NCBI GenBank assembly: GCA_051294375.1
Contig: CM119264.1
Location: forward strand, 28,185,225 to 28,249,224
DNA: 64,000 nucleotides
Reading direction: 5' to 3'
Source of the DNA: Paraspadella gotoi
Lineage: Eukaryota; Animalia; Chaetognatha
In this document: in pieces, positions 40,001 through 54,688 of the stretch
Numbering within the stretch: position 1 is the first letter of the stretch
Layout: the number at the start of each line of letters is the position of its first letter
Position numbers and translations under genes: made by a program
Notes under the pieces: model-generated
What the model was told of the DNA's origin: nothing
Databases searched by the model: none
The model's input: only the letters and a program-made list of their open reading frames with translations

Positions 40001-43000
40001 ATCTCCGCCTCTCTTCGCCTCAATCTCGATCCAGCGTCGCGGCGTCGACTTCCGGTTTCGAAGTCGGCGTCGCCACCACAACCAGCGCCTCTAGCGGCGG
40101 CGCGAAAGAAGTTCCAACGCCGGAAGTCTGACGTCGGATCACGTGGAACAAGGGCTGCTCGCGACGTGCTCGGAAGCGTGGAGAGCTGAGGAGTTGGTGA
40201 GAAGGAAAGACGGAGTGATGACAGAGACAGAGAGAGACTGAGAATGAGAGTCGAATATATTTACTCTGACAGATCGAGGGACAGACAGACAGACGGACAA
40301 AGAGATAGACTCACCGACGATAGACAGACAAAGAGAGTCAAAGAGAGACGGATAAATGGTTCAGGACATATAAACAGATAAAAAGAAGACGGAAGATGCA
40401 GGAGTTTTTGGGACTATAAACAACCGGTCAAAAAAGAGACAGATAGACGACCAAACAGACTTGCATCCGAATAAGCGATGATAATCAACAAATAACTAAT
40501 AAGAAAGACATAGAAGTAAAGAACAATAAATAATTAACCCTTATTCCCCCATTTTTCTCTTCTCTCTCTCTCATCTTTCAGGTCTACGTGGCCATGCATT
40601 TTCGATCGCGCCCACACCCCTCTCCGGCCACAATCCCCACAATCCCCACAATCCCCACACCCCACCCACACCCTTCCTCCTCTTGCCACGTATCACGCCT
40701 TCCCCTTCGCCATCTACGCCACGCCCCGCGTCTCGGCGTCGGCGGCGTCGTCGTCTTCGTGTCGACGCCGGTCTGGTCGAAATCGGCGCTCAATTGTCTC
40801 TTTTATTTCATGAAGGTTCGCAGTTGGAAACACGTCGCTGCGCCGGAAGAGGCCGAGAACCACGTGCACCATCAATTACGACAGGTCTGGTGGGGACTCG
40901 TGGTAGGAATTGAAAAATTTATTTGAGGTCGACAAAGACAAAGACAAGAACCAATTAACCTTGAATTCTTTTAAATGAAATTGCAAATTACTTGTTCATA
41001 TTTTTCTCATTTTTGATATTTTATGAAGGATTAGTATTTAATTTAATAATTTAACAAAGTATATTATTGCTTTCTTGTCTTAAAAATGTTTTTACTTTAT
41101 CTAATAATTCAAATTTGGAAGGGAAGCAGTTGTCTTCTGGAATAGAGGGACGATCTATACAACACAAGTTAGATTACTATCTCTCCTAGTTTTCTAATAG
41201 ATATCACCACACATGTCTGTTAGAAGTCATTTAATGAATAAATAATAATATCTAAGAGGACTGAACGAAAGGTGGGAATGGATAATTTTTTAGGGTGACC
41301 AAAGTTATATTATGTCTTTTTTACCAATAGGGATAAGAGTCACCAGTGTAGATTGATGTTCTGATAGGGGATACATACCTGGAACAGGTCTATAGCGGGC
41401 ACCTTTCATGTCCATGAAATAATTTTTAACAAGTTATATTTTTCTTTATTCTTACTTTTTAATTGTTCTTTTTGAACTCATTTTTTTATCTTCTATTTTA
41501 TACATGGGGAAGGTCATCATGCGGAACTATACCCTTCATGCGATTTCGGCCTCTTTAATCCCAAATGATTATTTGTTCTTTTGTTCTGCGAAAATAAAAA
41601 GATAAATAAACTTCCCACGTCAAGCCGTTTTAAAATTTCCTAATTATTCTAGAAAAAAATATACATTTATAAATTAAATAATTAAAATAAAGGACAATGA
41701 AATAAATACAAAAATAATATAACAAATTTTCTTTTAAAAATGTTTCTAAAAAAGTCTATAAATAAATAAATAAATAAATAAAATAAATAAATAAATAAAT
41801 AAAATAAATAAATAAATAAAATAAATAAATAAATCAATCAAACAAACCAATTCATCCCCCCCCACCTCAAACACAGACCCTACATCGTCCTTCCTCCTCT
41901 CTTCGCTTGGGTCCGAGTGTCCGCCTCGCAACGCACGACATCGCAACGCCCCGCGTCCGCGAGTCCGACGGCCGACGACGTCCGTCGTGACGGCCGCCGC
42001 GTCCTTCTGCCCGACAGCGATCGGCGCCGCCACGCCCGCTGACGCCAACGTGTCGGTCGACGAGAGGAAGGAGCGTCCGAGAGTCGACGCCGGCGACTTT
42101 GACGCAGGTTGGGAGTGAAGAGAGAGCAGCGCCCTCTCGCTCTCTCGCTCGCTTTTATCGCTCAATTTTTATTCTTTCGTAACCCTTCATGTTTTTTCTT
42201 CTTCTCTCTCTTCTATCCGTTTATTATCTTCTTTACTGCTTTCATTTTTTATTTTGTCTTCTTTTCGGTTTTCGCCTCTTTTTTTTTTTCTTTTTTTTTT
42301 CTTTTTTTTCTCTTTTTTTCTTTTTTTTCTTTTTTTTCTTTTTTTCTTCTTTTTCTTTTCTTTTTATCTTTCTTTTTCTTTTTATCTTTATTTTCTTTTA
42401 TATTTTTTTCTTTATCTTTCTTTTTCGAACTTTCTTTTCCTCTTTTCTTTTTTATACTTTTCTTTCTTTCGAACTTTATTTTCTTTTCTTTTTATCTTTT
42501 CTTTTTCTTTTTCATCTTTCTTTTCTCTGTCAATGCATCACTTGCTTCATGTGAATATTTTGTGCATCTATCGACTTGTCCATCAATTTTTTCTATGTAC
42601 AGCTATTTTTATCTATCTGTATCCACTTATCCATCTTTAGCGATTCCAAACCGAGATGGCGTTCCGCATGTTGACATCGGGTCGCCTCGATCTCTTGACC
42701 TCCGCGGCGACGACTCCTCGGACGCCAACGGACTCAACGCCGTCAACGAGACGGGGATGACGCCGTTGATGGTGGCGCGTGGCGGGGGAGGCGGACATGG
42801 CGCGGCGTTGATAGAAGACCGGTGAGAGTCTGGTAGGTTGGCCGAGTGGTCTAAGGCGCTGTTAAGGCACCAGTCTCTCTGGAGCGTGGGTGTCGAATCC
42901 CACCACTGCCATATTATTCTCTTATTAACCTTTATCAGTAAGTGGAAGGAAGAAATAGATTTTAAGTCAAGTTTTATAGCACAGGTAGTGTGGCGCGAGT

Positions 43001-46000
43001 TGGTCTAAGGCGCTGGTTTAAGGCACCAGTCTCCTGGAGGCGTGGGTTCAAATCCCACCACTGCCTATTATTAATTGGAATATTTATTTTCATCAGTAAG
43101 GAGAGGAAGAAAAATGTTTTAGTCAAGTACTCCGTAACATTAGGTAGCGTGTGTGCCGAGCGGTCTAAGGCGCTGGTTTAAGGCACAGGTCTCTCTGGAG
43201 GACGTGGTTTCAAATCCCACCACTGCCATTTTATTCTTATTATTTTTAACCCTTATCAGTAAGTGAAGGAAGGAAAAAGATTTAAGTCAGATTCTATAGC
43301 ACACGTGTAGTGTGGCCGAGTGGTTCTAAGGCGCTGGTTAAGGCACCAGTCTGTTCTGGAGGCGGTGTGGTTCGAATCCCACCCCTGCCGATTATAATCT
43401 GAATTTTTAAATTTTATCAGTAAGTGAGAGAAGAAAAGAAAGTTAGTCAAGTACGTTCTGTAAGCACAGGTAGTGTGCCGAGTGGTCTAAGCGCTGGTGT
43501 TTAAGGCACCGAGTCGATCTCTGATGGCGTGGCGTTCAAATCCCACCACTCCATTTTATTCTTATTATTTTAAAACTTATCGTAAGTGGAGAGGAAGAAG
43601 AAGAAATTTTTAGTTCAAGTCGTTTCTGTATAGCCCACAGTGTAGTGTGGTTCCGAGTCGGATCTAAGGTGCGCGGTTTAAGGCCGACAGTCTTACTGGA
43701 GGCGTGGTTCAATCAACTCACTGCACTGATTGTTAATTATTTATTAGTTTTAGATGTTTCATTCATAAAGTGAAAGAGAAAGTTAGTTAAGCTCGTACAC
43801 AGGAGGGATACGGTCTAGGGTAAAAGTCCTGAGTGGGGCTTCATCCCACCTGCAAGTATTATTAGTAAAAGTCGAAATTTTAGTCAGTTTTTATAACATA
43901 AGGTAGTGGTGGGTTCGAATCCCACCACTGCTATTATTCATTCTGATTATTTTTAATTTCCATCAGTAAGTGGGAGGAAGAAAAAGTTTTAGTTGAACTT
44001 TTGTAACACAAGGTAGTGTGGCCCCGAGTGGTCTAAGGCCGCTGGTAAGTGCACCAGTCTCTCTGGAGTGCGTGGGTTCAAATCCACCACTGCCATTGTT
44101 ATTCTTATGTGTTTTAAACTGTTAAAGAACCCAGTTGAGAAGAAAAAAGTTTTTAGTTCAAGAATTACTGTAACACAAAGGTTGTCGTGGGCCGCCGTGT
44201 CGGTCTTAAGCGGCTGAGTTTAACGGCACCAATCTCCGGTNNNNNNNNNNNNNNNNNNNNNNNNNCGAGACGGTCTAAGGCGCTGTAAGCACCAGTTCTC
44301 TGATGCGTGGGTTCACAATCCACCACTGCCATTTTTATTTTATTATTTAACCCTGTATCAGTAAGTCGGTGAGGAAGAAGAAATTTAAGTCAGCGGTTCG
44401 TTTAGCCACATTGTTAGTGTGGCCGAGTGGTCTAAGGTGCTGGTTTAAGGCTCGAGCAGTTGTCTGAGGCGTCGTGTCAAAATCCACTGCCATTTAATTG
44501 AATGTTTTAGATGTTTCATCAGTAAATGAAGAAGGAAGAGAATAGTTTGTTAAATACTCCTGTTACAACACAGTGTAGTTGCGAAGTCGGTCTAAGGCGC
44601 TGGTTTAAGGCACCAGAGTCTCTCTGAGGCTCGGTGGGCTTCAATCCCACCACTGCAATTGTTACTTATTATTTTAACTTTAAAAGAAAGTGAAGCGAAG
44701 AAAATTTTAGTCAGTTTTATAACATAAGTAAGTGTGGGTCGAGATCCCGCACCACTGGCTATATTCAATTTGATTATTTTTAAATTTTACCAAATCACAG
44801 AGTAGGGTAGAAGAAAGAAGGTATTCTAAGAATTGGTAGTCCAAGAAATTTGAAACAACAAGTATGTAGTTGCCAAGCAGAATTTTTAAGGGTTACGGGT
44901 CTTTAGAACGAGCAATCCTCTCCGTGGAGTTTCTGGGTTAATTAAACTAATGTCAGTTTAGAGTTGCATAATGAATTTCAGATGATATTTTACCTTTTTT
45001 AATTACCCAAGTAGCGTGCTGATGTTAAGACAAAAACTAATTTAGGTCTAATTTGTAGTATTATTAACACAGTAAGTGTGTGCCGAGGGTCTAAGCGTGG
45101 TTAGGCACCATGTTCTCTTCTGTAGTCGTGGGTTCGAAATCCACCCACACTGCCAATTTATGCTTGTGATTTTGAACCCTGTGGAAGGAAAAAAGATTAA
45201 GGTCTCTCTTTAGTAGAGAAATATGTTTAGATATTTGGTCTAGTAGAACCAGGACGTGTGGTCGACTGTCCAAGGCTTTTTAAAGGCTCCAGTCTCTCTA
45301 AGAAGGCGTGGCGATCTCATCTATGTTTGATGTTTTAATCCATTATCCCAGAAAAGTGGAGAGCCAAAAAAAAGTATAGGTCATCCCTTTATGTCCCAGG
45401 AAGTTGGCCGAAAGGAGTTAAAAGACATGGTTTAAAGGACAGACCTGCTTTCGTGCTCTAAGAGTGCAATTTCTAATCACCACAAGTCCCTCCCAGCCAT
45501 GTTTTTGTACATTTTGTTTGACAACTATCCAGTAGTGGAGAGCAAATATCAATAGAAGTATATATTTAAGGTCACATTGGTGAGCGTTAGTAATACCAAT
45601 TATAACAAATACATATTTTATACGATCAGTAGAATCCAATGAAGGATTGCAACAAAAGCAGAAAATTGATTTTTCCCCAAAGAAAAATACAAATGTATAT
45701 CAGTCGCGTGTCGTAAAATTACAACGAATTTGTTTGAGAAGTAATATTGCTGAGAATAAACTTAACGCCCATAAAAAGTCTACTAACTGCGAAAAAAAGA
45801 ATAAAATTAATTCAACTAACACAAGTATGTGCGGAAGGTACGAATTCCAAAGCATATTATTAATTCTAATTTAGTTTGGTTATCCTTTTTACTTGAGAAA
45901 ATATGTACTAACATAGCAACAAAAAAAAGAGAAACAATATAACAGACGTAAAAACTTATCACTGAGGCAAAAAGTGCTTTCTTTGACCTTATATATTAAT

Positions 46001-49000
46001 ATATAATATAAAATTAAGAACAAAAAAAAGGAATCCAATGACAATTTAATTTAATAATAAATCCTACCAAAATACTTAAAAAAAAAGTATGAAACAATTA
46101 AAAGACCCAAAACTTATTTATTCACACACGGGTCGATCTGAGCGGCACTCCAGGTCTCGTCACTTCCACCACCCCCGCCCGACCCCCATACCACCGACAC
46201 CACCTGCCCCGCCGCTCGTCGCGTACGGACCAGATTAACGCTCCGCTGGTCGTTCCGGTCCATACCGCCCGTCGCCATTCTTCTCCTTTGCACCGTCACC
46301 GTGCCGACGTTTTGTTTTGTTTCAATGCTCATTTTCTTTTTTTCTTGTTTTTTTATTTCGTCTTCTTCTCTATTTCTCCTTCTCGTTTCTCTCTTTTCTC
46401 CTTTCTCTTCTCTTTTCGTCTTTTTTCGTCCTGCGACGTATCGCAGCTATATTCTAGCTCCACCTCACTTCCTATTTCACATTATTCGTATATTTACAAC
46501 GACACTTATTCTTTTACTGCCTTACTCTTCCTCCACTTCCTGATTATCGTCTTTACTGCAGGTGCACGATTTGACTCGCGGTGCCATCGACACCAACAAT
46601 CCTTCCCTCAGCCGGGGAGACGGCGCTGCATTTCGCTACAGCATTCGATCACCTTCATGTTCGTCCAGGTGATTCTTTTCTCCACCGATGAAGTAATGGC
46701 ATGGTTAAATTTGGTTACATAGATTTTGCGCAAGAAGAATAAATTACCCATGTATATAGTCTAATCTGATATCTATGCTGAAGATTAAAACACTCGACGG
46801 AAACAGAATATATAGTACACTTCAATAATACGTCAATGTTAGAAAAATAAAGAAGAAACAAGGAAATAGATAGGAATAATTAAAGAAATAACAAAGAGCA
46901 TCCCCGGGGCAAGCCCCCAGCGAGGGGGCGACGGTCGAAGGGCCCGCGCCCCCATCGGCCGCCGCCCGCAGCGCGCTCCGCGATCCCGCGCGACGAGCCC
47001 CGGACCCGAGGCGTGAGGACCCGCCGCGGGCGGCGGCCGCCCGAAACAAAGAATAATGGGGTACGTCGGTGCGTAGGGCCGCGTAGCGGTGGGCGGGGGT
47101 GGACAAGAGGACGAACAGGAGGAGAAAGGGGAAGGGACGGATGGCGAGAATGATCCCTTTTGAATGCGTCATCCGAGCAAAAGGGAATCAAGTGAAAGTG
47201 AAGAGAGAGAAAGCAACGAAGAAAGAAGAGAAGAAAGAAAAACAAGCCGTCAACTGGGATAAAGGAGAAAGGGGAGGAGGTAAGGAGCGGGTAGACCAGG
47301 TGCGGCGGGTACAAGGCAGAGACGTGCGGGCATGGCGTACCAAAGGAGAAATAAGGTACGATGGAAGACAGAGAAACAAAAAAAGGGGTGTAACGGCGAG
47401 AGAAGAGAAAAAGGAAGAGGAAGCGATAGAGCGCAAAGGAGAAAGGTGGATTTGGGGCGGGAGAAGATAAGAGAGAAGGGGCGGAAGAGAAAAGGAGTGG
47501 AGAGAAGCCCGCATGGGCTGCAGTACATCGCCTGGCGGACGAGTTGCAGGCAGGAGATCATGAGAGATTGGGAAAGAAAACGCGCAGAGAATCAACACGT
47601 GAGCGGGGTGTGAAAAGAGGAGAATTTGAAAAAAGAGTTTTTCCCAAAAATGTATGGACTCGCCGTGTGTTAATTTTTTAGAATCAGGCGTCCACACGTG
47701 GCGCGGGAGGACAGTTTTTGTGATGAATATAACTAAATTTAAGAAGTGGATTGAGTAGCCGAGGCGAATCCCCTAAATCGCCTCCAGCATAGCTGTGGAT
47801 GAAACTCAGCTTAAGATACTCACGGTACTACCGGTTACCAGGCGCGTACCCGGGTGGAGGTTTCCGGCTCAATACCCTCCGGTCACGCGTTCTGTAAGTC
47901 CCGAAGATAAGGAGCTTTATTGTTGGGGCACGTTCCTTGAAAATGACTCAAACGATACTCCCATATACAGCCGAACTGAGCCGTATTAGTTTTTTATTTG
48001 AATCGGGTTTTATTTATACTAAGTTTTTTGTTCTCGCACTTGTGGTCAGCGTCTAAGTTCAACTAAGGCATGTGGGTTCTTAGGCTAGAAATATCAACGG
48101 CACTTTGTTTCCAAAACCAGGTATCGAATCTCCTCCCGGAAGACGGAAGCCACGCCCCCTGTGGTAAGCCACGCCGAGTTCGAGTAAACATAAGGCCTTA
48201 GACCCGATGTCCTTCCACACAAGAACACTTGGACTACTCGCAATCGGATAAGGTAAGAATAATATAATAATTAATCCTATTTTAATATCGGGTTCATAAG
48301 ATGATTAAAGGAGCTTATCAACGAAAACTCCTTACACGTGTCATATCTGTCTATTTTCGATCAGGAGGGACGAATTCGTTCTCAAGCTCGAATCGCCAGT
48401 TCTACTCCGACGAATGGACGACCTTCGGTTTCAAACAACACACCTAATTCACCCTAACAACCTCCAAATACATCCAAGAAGCCCTCAAGGGTAATCGGGA
48501 GAATTTAGGGCCATATTTTGCCGAAAGTGCCCGATTTTAAAGCTTTAAATTCAGAATTTTCATTAACAATTGAATCTTTCTTTAAAACATTATTCCACTT
48601 TAATGATTAGGGAAGCCAGATATGTGAGTGAATACAACGAGACTTCAAGAGTTCTTGATGAAAGCTTGCTGAACCTACCTGACCTGTATGTCCTTATCTT
48701 AAGAGTGATGGAGACCTTAAACCACCAAGCCTGCTCCAAAGTAGGGGCAAGATAACTTATTTATTTAATACTTATTTAATAAAATAGAAATAAATATTTG
48801 GTTAGGGTTAAAGATTAAGCTGAAATTTAGTCACAATATTTGGTAAAGATTATGGCGTTAAAATTAGGTTTAGACAAAAGGATATGGTAATATATCAATA
48901 ATAGTTCTCTAGGTAAGCTAACGGTAATCTTACTGCTTTTCCTTCCATCGCGAAAAAACAAGAGCATGCACACTAATGGACTTTCGAGAGTCCCTCCCAG

Positions 49001-49804
49001 AGGGCGTCGACGACTCCAGAGGCGGATCCCCAAGACGGTCCGTCGACGCCTCCACGCCCCCTACGATCTCGTACGCTCCGCGACGACCTCCACCTACGGA
49101 CAACGGCCGCCGTCGGTCCACCTCTTCTTCTTCCTCGGTTCCGTACGGGCCGAGAACGGCTCCGACCCGCACGACACCCGGATCCGCAAAGGGGCGAACT
49201 CGCCTTTACGAGACGCTGAAGAAGCGCGCGGAGGGTTGCTTGACCGAGGCCATGTATCACGCAGCAGAGAACGGACACGTCGACATTACCGTATGAGAAT
49301 GGTACGTTTTTGATTGATGATTGATTGATTGATTGATTGATGATTGATTGATTTGATTGAATTTTGATTGATTGATGAGTTTGATTGATTTGATTGATTT
49401 TGATTGATGATTGATTGATAAATCCTTCAGGCGCGTTCTTGAGCCGTTTCTCTGACCTCCGACTCCTCGTCCTACGAGAGAAGAAGGAGGTCGGTCATAC
49501 AGATTCTTCTCTCGGATTTGTCGTCGATGGTGAGGTAGGTCTCTCTCTCTCTCTCCCTCAACCCACCTCTATTAATACACCCCTCTCTCACACTCTCTCT
49601 CTCTCTCACTCTCTCTCTTTCTCTCTCTCTCTCTCTCTTCTCCTTCCTCTTTCTCTCTCTCTCTCTTTTCTCTCTCTCTCCGCTCCTCTCTCTTCTCCTC
49701 TCTCTCTCTCTCTTCTTCTCTCTTCTCTCTCTTTCTCTTCCTCTCCCTTCTCTCTCTCTCTCCTCCTCTCTCCTTCTCTTCCCCCACCCTCTATCTAATA
49801 ACCC

Positions 49805-49849
<45 letters not shown>

Positions 49850-49906
49850 CCCCTCTTGCCTCTCTCTCCTCTCTCCACCCCTCTTATTCTAATTAACCCC
49901 TCTCTC

Positions 49907-49937
<31 letters not shown>

Positions 49938-52900
49938 TCCTCTCTTTCTCTCTCTCTTTCTCTCTCTCTTCCTCTCCCTCCAGCCTCCTCGTCTTCAAAT
50001 TCGGACGACTTCTCCAACCGGAATTCGCCAAGTCTCTTCCTCTTCTCTTTCGACATATTTCGTCAGTCGGAAGAACAACGAGCCTTTGACGAGGAGAGTT
50101 GGCGCCATCTTCAAGAGATGCTTTTGCGAGGCGACGGAGCCCCGACGAGTGACATCTCCCCGTGCGGCGGATACACTCCACCGGGCTAGATTCCGCGTCA
50201 GGGAATTTTCTGGGGAAGAAGGAGCCCTGTGACTTCATTTGGGAATGAAAAAAAAGAAGAGTGGTTGATTTTTAGCGATTTTACATTTCCGTTTTGGCCT
50301 TATATTTCCCAAAGCGCTCCATTTACGAACGTTAAACTTGTTTGCATTAGGTTAATTTTTTTAAATAAAAATGTACCGTTGGAAGGATAAGGTTAGCAAA
50401 TTCGAGAATCTAGTGGAAATTGCTGCCGTAAGGTAGATGTCAGAGAGTTAGAAGATTTAAAATTAGCGTTAAGGGTTAGAGATTTAGAGGGTTAGAGAGA
50501 GTTCGGGGGTTAAGGTTAGCATTAAAAGGTTAGTGCGATTTAATGGCAATTACCGAGATTTCGAAGTTTACATTCAAAATTTTGGAAAAAATATAGTGGT
50601 AAAGGTTTAAATAGATATTTTGTTGTCCTAATATGCTTTTTTCATGTTGCGTTAGAAATTAAGATGAAGAAATAATTCTGTAAATTTTTTGTTCTTCAAA
50701 AACAATGGATTTTTGATAAAATGATTATGTTTCCACTTTTCTTTGGGAAAGTACTTCACTCAGCCCGACGATATTAAAAAAATCGATAATTTCAATAACC
50801 GATAATTGTTTACTACAATCTGAAAAGGAGATATAATGATGAGAACGAGATGACGTAACGAAGTCAAAGATAGGAGAAGAATGAGTTAAACGAGATTCTT
50901 CAACAAGATGAAATCAAGAAGCTGAGTTATGAATATCAAACTATCAAACAATTGCATTAACGAGTGAGTACCGTTTTTATTTAATCATTTTTAATCTAGA
51001 TCAAAATCGTTGTATCTCAAAAATACAAAAAACTACTACACAATTATATCTTCTCTCACAAAACTCAAAAAGGTCAACAAATATTTCGAAGATTAAAAAA
51101 TTTAAAGTTCCGGGATTAAGAGACTGACCTCGAAACATATTATGCTAACTAAATATCGATGATGTTTAAAGAAACGAAGGGCTCTATCAATCAACTTGCA
51201 TAATTAGACATCACATACCAACAACGCCAAAATGGAGGTACAAATTCAGAAGGCTGAGCTCCTGCCCGCTTGCCCACGAAAAATGTTCTATTCACCCTGA
51301 AACATTGATGCATTCTTACGCCCGTGTTTATTACTCGGTTTTAATTATAATATAAATAAATGAAACTATCTGAAAGAGTCCAGGTCTAACAACGCAAAAA
51401 GCCCAATCCAATCTGCAGTATTTTTTATGAATTTTTTATTAGTGAATGATCGAAAAATTAATAGAAGAGACATTTGTTAAATCTTCACTTGTACTCATTG
51501 AAGATAAAAACACATACTTTTAAACTTTAACCCTGATCTTATAACTGGAACGCGTTTTATCCCAAGAATGTCTCTCTAATCATTTTTTATCCAAAATATC
51601 GTTTTAGATTTCAGTCTAATCAAATATTTTAAGTCAAATATTATATTTGCATGTCCTTTAGGCTGCCACTCCAACGATTCTAGTATAGAATTCACTGTAG
51701 TCTCCAATTATCTTTACCATCTAATTTAACTGCAAGATTTTGTCTTCTCTTATGACTGGCAAGAAACCAACAGTATAACAAGATTAATTGGTTTAATTCT
51801 CCCCTTCTAATATCCCTTACCCCGTGTTTTTAACTTCTTACCCGTGAGGAATTTTTAACAATCAGATTGAAAACAACTAAGTATTTAATAAGTGTGCTGA
51901 CCATTTACTTAATAATTTGTTTATTTACCAGATATTAAAAAAGTGATTTAAAACAGAGAAATGTGTACAATCACTAAATACATTAAGACTTCTTTTTGCT
52001 TGTGCATTGACTGTGACTATGGAATGTATTCTCGATGGTATAGCGTCTAATACATGCAAAGATAAGCCATGTTATGCTGAATGACCTTTCCTCCTTAAAC
52101 ATTAATCCTAAATTTCCCAAAAATTTCTCGCCCCCCAGCCCCCGCCCCCACCCCCACCGACTTCCTCCTCCACTACAGACATCGAATACGTTGAATTCGA
52201 ATGACTAAATCCGACGGAATGTCCGAAATCCTCAGTCCTCGAGTCGAAAAGAGTCGAAGGATCTTACTTACGCTTCAACCGAAATCAGAGTACCCGTCGA
52301 AACGCCTCCGAACCAGGATTCAAGACAGTCTCGCTTGCTCACGCTTTCTCCGTGCGAAACTGAGTGAGAAACTCCGTCAGCCGATGAACAGGGGCAAGGC
52401 GTCAACCGACGTTGAGGAGTGCTGCTGGTGTTGTGTTCTTGTTGTATTGTTGTGGTTCGTTATTATCATGGGTGGAGAAGTATGCGCACATGGCCACAGA
52501 GCAGACCGTCATGTTCTGCCCCGATAGTTTTGTGTATTTATTTGAGTATTAAATTATAGGCCATTGCATTATTCCATCTCCGATATCTTTTTTTTTTTCA
52601 TTTTCGAAATGGATTGATGTCTCATTGATGTTATTTTGTCTTTTTTGGGCCAAGACGAGTTTCCTATTCATGCGTAAATTTTTTTTTTTTCTTATTTATT
52701 AATTTGATTAGACTCAACTTCTCTACTTCCCCATCTTGGCTTCAATCCAAGAAAGAACATATATTCTCCCTAATACTTCATCTCATCTCGGATCGATCTG
52801 ACGGTATGGTCACAAATTTTCTTCCCCTATTTCCTTTCACTTTCTCGCCCATCTCATTCTCATCCCATCTCTTTTCAATCATTCCATCCGAACACTTTTT

Positions 52901-54652
52901 CCATATGCTTTTCTCATCTCTTTCTTTCCTGTTTCAACTCTTTCTCATTCAAAAACCCCCCCCCCCGGGCAACAGGGTCTGAAATTCCCATCGACATGAA
53001 GACGTTCGTACGAGAATCGAGGAAGGGCGGAGAATGGGTAAAGAGATGGGGGGAAAGTAAAAAAGATAGGAAAGAAAAAAAAGAAAAAAAAAATAGGAAA
53101 GGAAACCGTTTGGCCAAAAAAAAAAAAAGAGAATTGAAAAATTGAAAAAAAAAAAAAAAAAGATAAGGAGAAGAAAGCCAATGCGTAATAAAACCCAAAA
53201 AACAAAAAACCTAATCGCGGACAGCGGGTTCGTCTGTGGCCATGAAACTTCACCCATGATAATAACAACAACAACCAACAACAAGAACAACAACACCAGC
53301 AGCAGCTCTCACCGTGCGCTGCCTGTCCCCATCGCGACGGAGTTCCTCAATCCCCAGCGGACGGAGGTGAGCAGCGACTTGAACCCTGCCGAGTGCGTTG
53401 ACAGGATGATGCGGTGAGGAAAGAAGACTCGACCTTCGACGAGGAACTGGAGTTCGGATCATGTCGGATTGTTCACGTATTCCCATGTCTGTAGGGAGGA
53501 GGGAAGTCGAGTTCTGGGGGTGGGGGGGGTCGGGGGGGGAGAATTTTGCGAAAATGAGATTAAATGGTTAAGAGGAAAAGGTCATTTCAGCATACACAAT
53601 GCGTAATCTTTGATGTAATTAGAGCTAATACATCGAGAAATACATTATAGTCATCAGTAATCACAAAAAAAAAGAAGTTTTTATTTATAGTAAACATTCT
53701 AGTTTTCAATTCATTTTTTTTAAAATCGGTGTAAAAACAAAAATTATTAAGCTTAAATGGGTAAGCACATTTTTTTAAAGATTAGTTTTTCAATCTGAAT
53801 TTGTTTTAAAAAATTTCGTAGCGTAAAGAAGTTAAACAACGTAAGGGGATTTATTAGAAGGGGAGAATCTTAAAACCAATTAATCTTGTTACTCGTTGGC
53901 TTTCCAGTCATAACCAAAATCCTTAGTTAAATAGATGGTAAAGAAATTTAGAGCTACAGTGAATCTATACGAATTTGAAGCAGTTGCAGCCTAAACGACT
54001 GCAATAATATTGAATTTAAAATTTGATTAGCCAATCTTAAAAAAACATTTGTAAAAATGTAATAGAGAGAGACATTTGATAAAACGCGTTCAGTTATGAA
54101 GATCAGGTGTTGAAGTTTAAAAATGTTTCATTTTTCAATTGCATACAAGTTGAAATTTTAAAAATTGTCTCTCTATTACATTGTTCGAATTTCACTCAAT
54201 AAAAAAAATTTCATAAAAAAATATCAGATGGATTGCTTTTTCGTTTGACCTGCAACTCTTTCAGCATAGGTTTCTTTTATTTATATTAATAATTAAAACC
54301 GATAATAAAATGGGCGTTATAGAATGCATTTCAAAATGTTTAAAGTGAATACATTTTCGGAAATCGGCAAGGAGCTCAGCCTCTGAATTTGTACTCCATT
54401 TTGGCCTATTTTGAAGTTGAAAAATTGAATGACCCTTTTTCTTAAACATCATTATTATGCATAATAGTTCGGGTCATTTATCCCGGAACTTAATTTTTAA
54501 TCTCAATAATTTGACCTTTGTTGCGAGAGAAGAAAATTGTTATTTTGTTTTACAAACCAACGATTTTTTGATAGAAATGATAAAATAACCGGACATTGTT
54601 TCCGCACTTGTTTGTAAGTCTTCACAGCTTCGTATCTTTGTGGAAACCGTTA

Positions 54653-54688
<36 letters not shown>

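Larger units (their letters stand above)
39835..52950 (+). repeat. Further indel-rich copy of the gene from the LLATC exon to the BTB exon, including array copy 42832-45499
   Basis: Colinear with 27755-37920; exon copies at 39984, 40582, 41877, 42641, 46562, ~48952, ~49431 and 49984. Confidence 0.85.

Noticed and set aside
30719-45499. CRISPR-like repeat-spacer arrays
   Set aside because: The repeats are 82-nt tRNA-Leu genes, the spacers are homologous to each other, the context is eukaryotic and there are no cas genes.
45580-46550. Second copy-specific insertion
   Set aside because: No target-site duplication or defined ends; its A-rich, GC-rich, T-rich layout looks like very low-quality read sequence.
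32979-50200. Frameshifted exon copies as true pseudogenes
   Set aside because: Uniform random indel pattern fits raw long-read error, and clean copies of the same exons exist in the window.
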